Shown here piece after piece: positions 1-12,321 of a stretch of 64,000 nucleotides of DNA. The translations under genes were made by a program, and so were the position numbers. Position 1 is the stretch's first letter. Every line of letters begins with the position of its first letter. The notes under the pieces were generated by a model that was not told the origin of the DNA, did not search any database, and was given only the letters and a program-made list of their open reading frames with translations. The stretch is from Rhodosorus marinus CCMP1338 (taxonomy: Eukaryota; Plantae; Rhodophyta). Location: contig JAMWBK010000007.1 of assembly GCA_029953675.1 (NCBI GenBank), positions 1,612,001-1,676,000 of the forward strand, written 5' to 3'.

Positions 1-49
1 AGAAGAAACATCATTAAATCGTTGTTTTTCCTCATGTGCTTGTTTGCAG

Positions 50-775
50 ACGACATTCGCTCCGTCCAAACTCAAAAGGATCGTCAAGGCTGACGACGAG
101 GTTGCGATGATAAAAAAGGAGGCATTGCAGGTATTGGACCGAGCCACGGTACGAGCACGTTCCCTTCTTCCAAACGTGACTAACGAACAAACCGTCAAGC
201 GTTCTCAATCACTCCGAATGCGTATCTCAGGTCGAGTTTATAGGCGTGCTGGTCGATGAATGGGTAAAGGACTCGAGAAGTGCCAAAACTTTGACGTATG
301 CAAAGCTGTCTCAGAAGATCAATTCAATTGAAGCTTTCGAGTTTCTCAGTGGTGAGCCTATTTTCTGACTCTTCGAAGACACGTCGTTGGCACAGTGTAG
401 TCACGTCTTCCGGTTGCCAGAGTGCTTTGTTGACACCCCTATTGTCCACCGGTATCCACTACTTCAGAGATCGTTCCGGAGGAGAAAAATGGAGGAGCGG
501 ACGCAATGCTTGCGATCTTCAAGAAAAACAAAGGATCAGCTGCTCAGGAAGGTGATCAGAGCGAAGAGCAGCCGGGCGATGTGGAGGATGAGTTGGAGAA
601 GGAGGAAGCGATTGACAGGGCTAATGCGGAAAATGATGATGACGAGGTCGAACCTTCGGATGTGGAGCAGAGCTCAAATGCTGACGCTGAATCGAAGATT
701 GCGGATTCAGGTGACGATGAACTTGCGGAGCCTGATACCGAGACGGTACCTGTCGACGCGGATATGGACGAGTAG
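50..775 (+). CDS. H2A-type histone-fold protein (POLE4/DPB3-CHRAC1/NF-YC-like) with acidic tail; 5' exon outside window
   Basis: Spliced reading from acceptor at 48-49: TTFAPSKLKRIVKADDEVAMIKKEALQVLDRAT | VEFIGVLVDEWVKDSRSAKTLTYAKLSQKINSIEAFEFL | EIVPEE..., ending in a D/E-rich tail at 775. Two GT-AG introns. Confidence 0.75.
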
Positions 776-1650
776 CCTTATAGTCGCTATTTCAACTCTG
801 CCCCGGAGCAAACTGCTCAGAGAAGCACCGTGCCAGTGAAAAATGCTACAAAGATTACTCGCTTTGCGGAAACAACTCGGGTCGGACGGAATGGGTTTGG
901 TATTGGTCGTCCGATGGCGCGAAAAGCCTCTACCCTCCTGTACACACTACCCGTGACGTAGTACTAATCCCGTTAAGAGTAAGCATTCTCGACTCTAAAG
1001 GAAACAGCGCGACCGATGAAAGTGATCTCCGAGCTCGCAGGCGCGCAGTTCAGAGCCCGGTACGAAGGCATTCGCAAAGAGGAAAAGAATTCTTTAACAA
1101 ACCCCTTCGAGGAGTAATTTTTTTTCCGATGGCCGGCTGTGTACAGGGACAAAGAACCAGTCTCGGAGCTGGTTCTAGAATCCCACATAGAGTAAACAGG
1201 AACAAAAACTGGCAGTATTTCCAAACCAGGATTGCCGTCAACGAAATAACAAGTCCTCTGACGATGAAGGTGCTCATTAAAGCGTCTGAAAACAGGAGCG
1301 CTGGAGTCTCTCCTGTTCCAAGGCAAAGCACACAAGTGAGGAGTACACAAACCATCGCAAACAGCCGCAATGCCATCGCCCAACTCGACCTGGGTAGTAC
1401 ACCTACCATAGTTAAGTTGCTGGGGAGACATCGGATCGTCATCACTCTCCCTGCAACTCGTTCTGCTCTTGCGCTCAAGTTAATGACCCTTTGTCTACCC
1501 ACGCTTGCGACTCTAGTAAACCTCAATGGTAGTGGGCGTCTGCGCAACTTTCAGCGCCACATCCCCGACGACATCGTTGGAACCGGATCTTTGAGCGTGT
1601 TGAGTTGTTTCTCTGAAAATGGGGGGGGGGATTTCTAGTGTTGTAGTTAG

Positions 1651-4212
1651 CTATTCGTTGTCCGTCTTTGTTGAAGAACCAGCTTTGAGTCGATAAGTCA
1701 ATTCGAGGTCTCCAGGATCACGCCAGACAAATTGCTTCACGGATCCGAGACTCATTGCCGGTTCGATTATACGTCCATTGCAGACAATTTCGACGTCCAC
1801 TTCAACAGGAGCTTGACCGAATGAATCGTCTTCCGGGAAAAGTTCCTTGACAAGGTAAGCAATGACCTGTTGTGACAAAGCATGGCTTGATTAGGAGAAG
1901 GGGCTACATAGGATTTCAAGCGAGGTACCAGTTTTGTTACCTTTCTGACTCTTAGGACACGAGGAGCAGAGAGTTTGCTGTGGCCTAGTCTCCGCATACC
2001 ACCGACTTGTTCAGGCTGCAGGAGGAACGACATCTTTGGGCCCTCTTTTGTGACAGCTCTACCGTCCCTCACCGTATCCAGGATCTGGAATAATATGAGC
2101 CCACTCAAGTTTTCAGTCAAAAGCACTAGGCAAGTTTCAAACACCAGGTGTTCTTCTATTCTGCCGCGCACCCATCTTGGAATGAACTCCTCATCCGCGG
2201 CAACGAGCGCACCGGCTTCTTTCTGTAACGTGGGAATTGGAGAGCCTTCCTCCGAGATAATGATCTTGGTGTGTTTTGGGAGCACGTAATCTGAAAACTT
2301 GTTCTGCTTCCCCGTGTTCGGGTCGTCCTCCTGTGGATCCCCTCTAGTCGACTCGTAGCTCGTCTTCCACCACTTGAACATGGCTTTCAACACATGCTCT
2401 CCGATGTTCACCTGTATCGTTACAGACGGCACGGAAGAAGCGCAAAACTTATTTCAAAACTTGCTGCCTTCAACCCTTAGTAGAACTGCCACCAAGCGAA
2501 CCTTGTACTCTTCTGACTCGGCCTCCAGACCCGCATCAACGGCGTAGATCTCCGCATTAAAACAGTTCCTATCGAGCTTCACGCCTAAGCTACCCAATCT
2601 GTTAAATTACGACCGTGAAGAAGACGGTGTTAAGTCCAGGATGAACACCTGTGGGAGATATCCAACGCCCAGATGCTGTGTACCTTATCTCTATCGAAAA
2701 CCAAGAGGGAACGACTACTTCTTCTTCAAGCTCTTTCGCGACTTCCTCGAGATTCCTAACTCCAAAGGCAGTCAACGAGCTCGCTCGGGTGATATCCCAT
2801 AAGACAACCTCCCTGATGAAGATCAAAGAGAGTTACATATTTAGAGGTTTCACTATCGAAGCGGAGGGCCGTCTGCGCCGATCGAGGGGCGGGTTTTACC
2901 CGGTTTTCTGTTTTCATTCGGGAGTTGGGTGGAAGTTCCGAGATCGGAGCTTTTCGCAAGCTGGAGGCGACTGCAAATAGCTTACCCGTTGCTGTCTTTG
3001 GTGAGCACATGCCGGCGGTTGTTCATAATCTGGTAGCTAACGATTCCAGGGAGACCAGGTATTGTCGCCAATGGTTTTGTTCCCAGTTTTGAGACGTCCA
3101 TGTCTTCTCCAGTTCCGTTGTTGGCCCTTGTGCCCGCTTCAATCTTCCACAGCTTCACGGATGAGCCCGTGCTGCTTGTCTGTTGAGAAGCGAAAAAGCA
3201 AAGGTTAATCGAAAGGACGCGCGCGATTTCTTTCCTTCTTGAGCTGGGGGGCGCTTACCCAAACGCCGGATTCATCGGGTGTTTTAGCAATGCTCAGGAC
3301 AATATTGTCCTTCTCTGAGCCAATGCTTCCAACCACCAGAGAAGACTCTGCTGTCTCCACGTCCGTCCGGAAGACTGAACCATCTCGGCCTCCAGACAGA
3401 AACCAACCGAAACCCTTCGAAGCAGACAATGCCCACACCGAGTCCGCGTGGGGGTCATACCATTTAAGCTCACGCTGCTGACGAAGATCCCACAACCGTA
3501 TGAAACTATCGCTTCCTCCCGATAAAATCTGCATCCCATCCTGACGCAACGCCACACTTCGCACGGAGTCATTGTGACCCTTGAGCTTTGCGATCTTCTC
3601 ACCAGACCGAGCGTCCCAGATCGACACGATACGATTTGTACTCCCCACCACGACCAGGCTCGAATTCTGAACACCATTTCCGGCCAGACAGTATACGCTG
3701 CCCTTTACCCCCTCCTCACCACCACATTCCCCTTTCAACTTCCAAGTTTCAGTGTCCCAGAGACATACGCGAGAATCCAAAGCTCCGCTCGCGATCGTTG
3801 TCGTGTCAACCGCCGCCAGCGCCTTGACATAGTCACTATGCTCGATTACAGTGTGTATCCGAGTTCCCTTCTCGGGATTCCAGATTCTGAGCGTCGTATC
3901 TGACGAACAGGAAACCAACCTCTCAGATCCGCCTATGGCTCCTCGACCAGGGAACACCAAAACATCATTCACCCAGTCGATATGTCCCTCAAGCGATCTC
4001 GAAGTACTGGACTCTGCCGAGGTCGGAGTAACATCCCAAATCCGGATCACGCTATCCCTCCCAGCGGTGTACAGAGTCTTGCCCCCATCCGAAACCGAAA
4101 GTGCGAGTGAATTGATTCCGAACCGATGGTGCTTCTCAGGCGCACGCAGCAAATAAGTCAATTTGCACTCTCTACCTCGAACACCTCCGCCGGCGGCAGT
4201 CCTCTCTCCCAT
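1651..4212 (-). CDS. WDR48: WD repeat protein 48 / UAF1 (USP1-associated factor), multi-exon
   Basis: N-terminal WD40 repeats (HRFGINSLAL..LYTAGRDSVIRIWD, LEGHIDWVNDV, LKGHNDSVRSV). C-terminal DUF3337 ubiquitin-like motifs KLSAPRVLRVRKV and VEIVCNGRIIEPAMSLGSVKQFVWRDPGDLELTYR. Confidence 0.9.
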
Positions 4213-6873
4213 ATCTACAATATTCCCTTCCCACCCCTACGGCGCCTACCCCTCCGGGCTTCCCAAACCAAAACACGAGAGAAGCACCTCCAAACCAAGA
4301 CCAACCGTCTAGATCATAATCCAATTTTCAACAAGAACAAGAGCAGATCCCTTCACCGTACCCGAACTCTCAACTCCACCACGAAACAATCCCTCCTCCT
4401 ATGCCAATCCCAACGACGTCGATAACAACCTCCTCATCAGAAAACAACAAGCTCCTCTACCTGATGAACAAGAAGAGGCAAAAACCAGACGGCACGTCAA
4501 AATCTCCAAAAGCCTATCGTTTCTCTCTCTAAACTAAAAAGAGGAAAACTTGTCTTTCCACTTACCGCCCCAAAAAACCAACTACGTCCTGCCTATTCCT
4601 ACAGCTACTCCACTCCACCGCTTACAACAAGAACCAGACCAGCTTAACAAAATACGATCATCGTATTTCGAAACCCCCAACGGATTCCTTGTCCAAACTA
4701 ATTCCCGAAAACCGGCCAATAACCACCCAAAAAAGCCGTTTTTCTCATGTTCTATGTGGATGAGCCTCCTCATCACCAACCAAATATTTCCTGACGAAGA
4801 AGACGACATCGCGCGCAGAGGCCCGAAAACAAGACCTCGACCCCCAAAACTTTTTTTAATAGAAACCTACACCCTTCTTTCTATTAGATAGAGTCCGTGA
4901 ATTTTCTAATTTTTTAATTAATTAAAGGCATTAAGTGTATTAATTTGCAAGGGGTGATACAAAAAATAAATTGGGTTTCGTTCGGAGAGTTTGAGGATCT
5001 GGTTTCAGAGACTCGTCGATCAACTGGAATTTTTGGGGGATTCGCTCATCATTTAAGTTAGAGAAGAGGATGGATCTTGTGGTAGTAACAAAGTCAGAAG
5101 GTTTGTGGGTAAGTCCTCGTCTTCATCACCTCGTTCACCATGGAGAACTTGGTAATGAAGATTGGCATGGCGTCCTCTTGTCATCTCCATCTGGGCTGAT
5201 CAGTAAACTCTCACAGTTGCCATGATTTTCTAAATGGATCTAAAGCTTTGTTCATGAGACCGGACAAAGGTCTTTCTGTTTGCAGTGATACATAAATCAC
5301 TCCCGAAGACTTTTCACCTTCATCACCAAGAAAAAGGAAACAACAAACGGCGAAGGAGATCCACTTTGGTCTTCACGGCAGAGCGAGACGTTGGCTGTTT
5401 ATATTAAATCAGGTCCGGATGAGGAGTGTCATTGAGGAGCATCACTAAACAGGAAGGCAGACAAAAAAGGATCCAACTCCTCTGTCTTCTTCAGACCCCG
5501 AATTGTTGCACAGGAAGATTTACAAAAACTCTCTTCTCGTACATACCTTTTTGAGTACCTCACTGTGAGTAGTCATCATCGCCAGAAGACTATCTACCTC
5601 GAAACTCCTATTCGAGCAGTCAGCAACCTCGAGAAGAGACCAACTAGCCTCGAGGCAAACGAGCGACAGCTTGTTGAACTTGGCTAAGGGATTCAAGCTA
5701 AGAGGAGATTGGAAGCACACCACCACCACCAACAATCAAGTTGATCCGCAAAAGCACTCATCGACGCAACCCCGTCTCGTCATCAAAAGTATTAGGGCTT
5801 CAGTAGAAGCAACAGAATCAGGTCTACCAGGACATTTATGCTCTTCAGGATGAACGCTGAAATGTCTCAGAAGAAACCATTCCTAAGCTACAGGTTGTCT
5901 TCATTGAAACTCTTTTTCTCGCCCTTTTTCTAAACCTCCTGCCCCACCCACTTACGTCTTCCTCACCAACATCGATGGTCTTGAAAAGCTCATCAACGGA
6001 ATTCGGAACGATATAACAATTTAACGGAACTGGATTAGATTTAGAAAAACAATCTTAGGGGTATTCTTCAGTCGTAATCAACTAAGATCAAACTCTTTTA
6101 CCCCCCATTTCTCGATTTGATGTTTGTGTCATATATAATAAAATTATAGTATTTATATATATATTTTGTTTTTGAAGGGGTTAGGCAGGGACAACATGAT
6201 CTTGAACGTTTTGAGGTATGACTTAAGGGGTAATTCTTTCTCAAGAATATTGTGTTCCTTTATTTTGATTCGGATATTTCTTAATTTTGGAAGGAATCGT
6301 AAAATAGGGCTTTGTGGTATACTGCGTTGACTGGGGACTGTTGATGTGTCCTGGACTGGATTGCCACGAGTTGAGCTGTTGTTGCTATAGAAAGGAGAAT
6401 AAATGACCCTGAAGAACACTCCGCTGCAGAGACCTGCTGAGGAATGTAAACCGATCCTCGCGAACAACGCTCAATGTACGCTTGCGTTCCAGCTGGTCCT
6501 TAGGAGTCCAGTCCTGTTCCTAGCAATCTGTTGAAGCCCCCTTCGTGAGGAGCCTCTCTAGTATGCTTGACAACTAACAAACCACAACTGGGCGTCATAG
6601 TAGATCCTCAAAGATACCTTAACGAATTGACCTGAATCCCTTCCCTAGCTGGCTTTTGGAGCTCTAGGGTAGAACGGGACGACAGCGGAGGAGGTTGTCT
6701 CGTGTGTGAAGGTCAAGTTTGAAGAGGAAACAGTATTTCGCGGATTTGGAGGGCGCCAAGCGAGAAACTCAACTGGTCTAGCGGCTTGGTTCACTTTTCT
6801 TGGGTTGCCGAAGAGGAAGATGTGAACCGATTGCGAAAAGAAGAATTTTTTTTGTTTATTTCGCAAGTAGAGG

Positions 6874-7281
6874 ATGAGTGAGCAGCGGAATCTTTACATC
6901 GGTGGGCTTGAGGAGGAGGTGACTGAAGCCGTCCTCAAGGCCGCGTTTCTTCCATTCGGCGATATTGTAGATGTGAGTATCCCGGTGGACGCGGGGAGTC
7001 AGAAGACTCGCGGGTTTGGGTTCGTACAGTTTGAGAGTGCGGAGGACGCGGCGGCAGCCGTGGATAATATGAACGACTCTGAGGTATACGGGAGAAGAAT
7101 TAGGGTGAACTACGCGAGGCCACTGCCCAAGGCGGGACACGGAAAAGCCGTATGGGATGCTACCGATGACTGGCTCAAAGACCAACAAAAGGACGACGAC
7201 AAGGATTTCATTCAGGCGGAAAAATCAGAGCGGCGTGCTGACGATGGAATGCAGCCATCGCTAACCGCGGACACCAGTTGA
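6874..7281 (+). CDS. Single-RRM protein resembling the RRM of cyclophilin E (PPIE/CYP33), no PPIase domain
   Basis: RNP2 LYIGGL, RNP1 [33 protein letters not shown], then AVW..DDWL typical of PPIE-type RRMs. Confidence 0.8.
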   Translation: MSEQRNLYIGGLEEEVTEAVLKAAFLPFGDIVDVSIPVDAGSQKTRGFGFVQFESAEDAAAAVDNMNDSEVYGRRIRVNYARPLPKAGHGKAVWDATDDWLKDQQKDDDKDFIQAEKSERRADDGMQPSLTADTS

Positions 7282-7718
7282 AAACGAATATTTTCGTCCT
7301 TGATTGTTTCTCCTTTCCAAACACTGTTTTCTTACGATCTTTTTATGCTAACCAAGTCTCGAGTTCTGTGCACCAACCATTCATAAAAACCTGCAAAACC
7401 AAAAAGAGGAAAAAACCCATACACACCCACCATGCCACTCTAACCACGTCGTCTTCATACTCCATACCAAACAGCACGACCAACGAAAGACTTTCCCCTC
7501 CAACGCGCTCCAAGTTTGGCATCGAGACTCTCTTCCCAGGAGCACCACGTTCCCGTGGGAGAGGGATTGCAACCCCAAACCTCCTCATCCGCAACCATCA
7601 AACCAAACCCTGATCCTCTTGTGAGTTCGGCGTTAGGCAAGCACGGAGAACAGTCCATCCAATCCTTTCTCGATCGGAACAGAGCGTTTTCGAATTGATC
7701 GACTTTTGATATAGTGAC

Positions 7719-9566
7719 TCACACGATTCGAATCTGATAGTCGCCGGCCTGTGTGATGTATCGCACCCAAGGTAAGGCCCTGTAGCCGCTCTTCTCCATG
7801 ACTTTGAGGAACCTGACTTGGAGACCGGATACGGCAAAGTAGGGCACCTCAAAGGACACCGTGATCGGCCGTTTCGTCGCGTTATCCCTCTCCTGATTCT
7901 CCCCAATCGACGGAAGGTTGAACCTCCCCCTCATGACCAGCTCTCTGCCGGCCTTGAGCTGCTTGATTGTCCACACCAGCTCATCCTTGGCAGGTACGTA
8001 CTTGTACTTGCCCGAGGAACACTTGAAGCTCGGCGTATCCGCATCCAGCTGCACAGGGAGTCGTATTTGCACGTTGTTGGCAACACATCGAGGTTTCAAC
8101 TGCGATCTCACCTTGACCAAATACTCTACTCGAGTGGCCTTCAGCTCGATTACTGCGTCTACCCATACCAAAGGTCGGACCTGATTCACCCCAAAAACAG
8201 GATAGCAAGTTCAGAAGATAGGTTTCTACTCTGACAAAGCTCCGAGACCCACGTTCCCCTCTACGGGATTCTTCGAATCTTACCTGCATGTTGAGGCGGT
8301 AGCTCATCAGTTCAAACTCTCCATCCGGAGGAATGAACGAAATCGTACGATCAGATTCGAACTTCGAAAGTCGCACGCATTGATGGAACTTGATATCCTC
8401 GAGATCTACAGATTTTTCCCTAGAGCAAACATCGTGATTGATAAGCCAAAGAACCCCGCAAGAAAGACTGCTACGGTCTTTAGTTTCAATGGTACCTTCT
8501 GTTTTTCCCTGCCTCACTGAGTTGAAGCCTATCGTTCAGACCGAGCTTCAAGTCCGGCATGCCACTCAGCAACGACTTGACCATGAGGCTCCCGAGGATC
8601 TCTGATCGTAGAGTTGATCCGTTTCCAGAGATGACAATGTTCACTTTCTCGATGACATCCAGGAAGACCTCATTTCGTGAATGCTTGATGCCTTCCGAAC
8701 GCCAGGAAACAGCGTTCGTCACAGCCACAGGTGGACGTGGAACCTCAAGAACATGGTAGTCTTGAGTGATATACTGCAACGGTTCGAGGACGAAGGCAGG
8801 TTTAGTAGGAGTGGGCACGCGACTTGCCTAGTGGACCAGAAAAAGATCAAAAGAAGCAGCGCAGAGGAGAGGGTGAGTAGGTTGACTCTCACCTGCTGAA
8901 GAACTTTGCTCTCAGAGACCTGCGGAAACCCAAAATCCATCATCTCGTCCAAAAGCTCATAGATAATTACAAAGTTATCCCGAATCGACTCCTCCTGGAC
9001 TTCTTTAAAGTACTCTTTGAAGACCCCGACAAGTTTGTTCAGAAACTCCAAAAGCATTGCCGCGTTGGAGTTCCTCATGGTGACCCCAACGACGTAGAGA
9101 TTCGAGTACTTGACGTACGCGTATGTCCGCTGCTTGCTATCCACTCTGAAGACAGGTTTCAAGCCAGATTCCTGATTTTTCACGAAACATGTTGTGGACG
9201 GAGCAGTCCCCCTCAAAAACAAATTCAGCACTTTTCACAAAGCTCACACTTTTGGATTCAGGAAGAGGCCTCACATCGTCTACATCGATCACTCGAGCGC
9301 AAAAGTCGCCAGCTATATCCGCATCGACATCACCTCTGAAGATTCTCGATATCAAAGTCTAGAAATTAAACCCACAAAACACAAAAGAAAAAACGACAAA
9401 CACAAAACGGACCAGTGCTTTAGACAATCAATTCGTTCTGATTCTGCTCTGCTTCGATCGAGTTCCCTACCTTTCCCTTCGAATCAAGGATAAAGATCGC
9501 CGACGCCTTGGCCGTAGAGAAAACAAGCGCAAAAAAACACCAAAATCAGCTAAAACCAAAAACCAT
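7719..9566 (-). CDS. AP1M: AP-1 adaptor complex mu subunit, multi-exon
   Basis: [95 protein letters not shown]-terminal [20 protein letters not shown]. The first exon appears to be the ATG alone (9564-9566). Confidence 0.93.
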
Positions 9567-9839
9567 CTAAAATATCCGTAACAAAGCCCGTCTTTCTCTT
9601 CAGGTGGATCCTACCACCATCTTCTCAAAACCTTCTTAACCAATTCAAACCGAGGTCTTCACCACCCTCACAACGAACAACATTCAGTCAAACTTTCCTC
9701 CCCAACCAAAAACAAAACAAAAACCTCCGTTGAATCGATCGTCTTCGATGGGTTCAGACTCTCTTCCACAATGTCCTAACTCTCTAATTGTCACTCTTCA
9801 GAAAGCGCATCCGTTCTCATTCCTATACTTCCTCACCCA

Positions 9840-11070
9840 AGCTCTTTTCCAAGTCACATGGACACCAAATTCATCTAACAGTCTAGTTCCCGAGGGGTGT
9901 CAAGCCCTCTCCTGACAACTAGGCTGTCCTGTGGAGAAGACCCTTGTCTTGGAAAGGTGTCATACCCTTATAAGAGACTTATCTTCGTCCTGTTGGATTC
10001 CTAATTCATCGGACAGTCTAGTTCCCGAGGTGTGTTAAGTCATTTTCCAACAACTAGGCTGTGCTCGCGAGTTGCTTCCGTCCCGTTGGACGACTATGCT
10101 CTTCCTCTCAAGCTCTCCTCAAAAGTCTCTTGGACACCAAATTCATCTAGCAGTCTAGTTTCCTGAGGTGTGTCAAGCACTCTCCTCACAACTAGGCTGT
10201 CCTGTTGGACGACTATGCTCTTCCTCTCAAGCTCTTCTCAAAGTCTCTCGGACACCAAATTCATCTAACAGTGTAGTTTCCTGAAGTGTGTCAAGCCCTC
10301 TCCTCACAACTAGGCTGTCCGTTGGAGAAAGAGTCTTGTCTTGGAAAGGTATCTTTCACTTATACGAGATTCAGCTTCGTCCTGTTGCATTCCTAATTCA
10401 TCGGACAGTTTAGTTCCTGAGGTGTGTTAAGTCCTCGTCCGACAGACTAGGCTGAGCTCGCGAGCTACTTCCGTCCTGTTGCTTTACCACCCCCTTCTCA
10501 AAGTCTCTTGGGGCACCTAATTTATCTAACAGTCTAGTTCCCTAAGTCTCGTAAGCCGCTCCTGTCAACTTGGCTGTCTTCGGAAGTTGCGTCCGCCCTG
10601 TTGAGAAAACCCTTGTCTTGGAAAGGTGTCTTTCACCTAGAAGCGAAAGCCGTTGGAGGCGTCCTGTTGGATACCTAATTCATTGGACAGTTCAGTTCCC
10701 GAGGTGTCTTAAGTCTTCTTCTGACAACTTGGACTGTATTCGCAAGTTGAATCCGTCCCGTTGGAGAAGAATCTTGTCTTGGAAAGGTTTCTTTCACGTA
10801 GAAGACGCTTATTCCTGCTGGACTCATATCCTTTCTCTCTCAAGCCGCGTCCGTCCTGTTAGAGAAAGCTCTGGTCTTCCACGTAGAAGAGTCTTTGGAT
10901 GGATAGCTGTACGCGAAATGCGTACGGTTACTCACATGAGCTCTTCTCAAAGTCTCTTCGACACCAAATTCGTGCTAACAGTTCAGTTCCCGACTTGTGA
11001 TACACGCCTAGACCGTCCTATTTACGTTCTAAACTGCTTGAGAAGACTCTTTGTCTGGTAAAAGTGTCTT
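9840..11070. repeat. Degenerate modular tandem array: 8 copies of a ~50 nt hairpin core in alternating A/B subtypes
   Basis: Core ACAGTCTAGTT...AACTAGGCTGT at 9878, 10013, 10150, 10268, 10405, 10529, 10687 and (decayed) 10978. Recurrent linker modules include cttgtcttggaaaggt and gtcctgttgga. Confidence 0.9.
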
Positions 11071-11512
11071 TGAATGGATGGCTGTATGCGAATGGAACCC
11101 AGCGTCGATTGGATTCGATCGTAGTGCTTTAGTTGCCCTCGATGGAAGGCCGTGAGCACGTACCGAACACTCAACTGACGCTAGGTGACGAGGTCAGATG
11201 CATGGAAGAAAGCCGTAAGAGCTCATATGCTAGACATCTTTCTCGGTATTCAAGCCCGCTTTGGAAGGCATTCGTTCCGCAACTACTTCAGATTCTGTGA
11301 ACTTTGTTCAGCGGTAAGGTTTAAATCCTAAAGGATCGACTTGGAGTGAAACTGCTTATCTTCAATCTCGTGAGTGTTCCCCACTCAAGCTTTTTCTCAT
11401 GGATGAGGCGCGTGACGATGACGGTTGGGTTGGGGAGATGGGAACGCTTCGAACAAACCTCTCGTTGGCGTTTCTCTGGTTGATTCTGCCTATGAACTGT
11501 TCTTGAAGAAGC

Positions 11513-12321
11513 ATGGAGGCGTTCTGTTCTTTAACATGCGGACTGAGTCACGGTAGAACTGCGTCTGAGACCTGTTCTCGCCGTGATTTGCTCCGTGCTG
11601 GTGCAGTTTTGGTGGCCGGTGGGGTTCTGGGATTGCTTGCGCCTGGATCGGGCAAGGCTCAGGCTGCGAGCACTTCGCTAGAGTTTCCGGAATTGCGTGC
11701 GCTCGATGATAGTAAGAAGGAATCTCGATTGCCGGAGTTTCGCAAGCTGGCGGATGGCGTGAAGGTTCAGGACATTGCAGATGGAGAGGTAATGCGCCCT
11801 TGGCGGGGTTTTCACTGGGCCCAGAAGAAAGCTTATCTAGTTACTAAAATTTGGCCCACTGGTTTTTGAATCCGCTTAGGGCCCAAGCGTTGAAGACGGA
11901 TCTCGTGTTGCAGTCCACTACGTCATCAGAAGATCAAACGGGTACTTCGTCGACGCATCCTACGGGTTCGACCGATTCGACACGTTCTCCTTCACGAGCG
12001 GAAGCGGAGACGTTATCAAGGGCTTTGACGTAAGTACTAACCTGCCAGACCTTTCTCATCGATAACACTTCGCCTTCTGAGCACCTCCATACCAAACCCA
12101 AACTCCCTATCCAAAAAACCAAAACAACACAGATCGGAACAAAGGGCATGAAGCCAGGCGGACGAAGAAGATTCCTAGTCAGTCCAGATCAAGGATACAA
12201 AACGGGCACTTCAAAGACCTCTCCAGGTCCAATCCCACCAGACTGGGGTAACAGACGAGCCCTCAGCGCTCACGCCTCCGAATCCCTCCTCTTCGAAGTC
12301 CAAGTCGTCAAAATCAGGTGA
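11513..12321 (+). CDS. Thylakoid-lumen FKBP-type peptidyl-prolyl isomerase (bipartite transit peptide, Tat motif)
   Basis: SRRDLL twin-arginine motif plus hydrophobic stretch and AQA site. Spliced FKBP: GPSVEDGSRVAVHYV..DVIKGFD | IGTKGMKPGGRRRFLVSPDQGY..LLFEVQVVKIR*. Introns at about 11789-11879 and 12030-12132. Confidence 0.88.

Noticed and set aside
780-1640. Overlapping ORFs on both strands, including a hydrophobic minus ORF (1050-1547) and a long plus frame
   Set aside because: No recognisable motifs and three mutually overlapping candidates. A small gene is possible but unsupported.
1651-1878. RING1/BMI1-type RAWUL protein
   Set aside because: The ubiquitin-like segment is the DUF3337 C-terminus of WDR48 and no RING motif is present.
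7343-7700. Small minus-strand gene or ncRNA in a C/A-rich patch behind AP1M
   Set aside because: Intron-like signals and a weak hairpin exist, but no coherent product or family.
9840-11070. Hairpin array as a CRISPR array, hammerhead/retrozyme cluster or snoRNA cluster
   Set aside because: Linkers are related to one another rather than unique spacers, there are no cas genes and the context is eukaryotic. No CUGANGA/GAAA core and no consistent C/D or H/ACA boxes.
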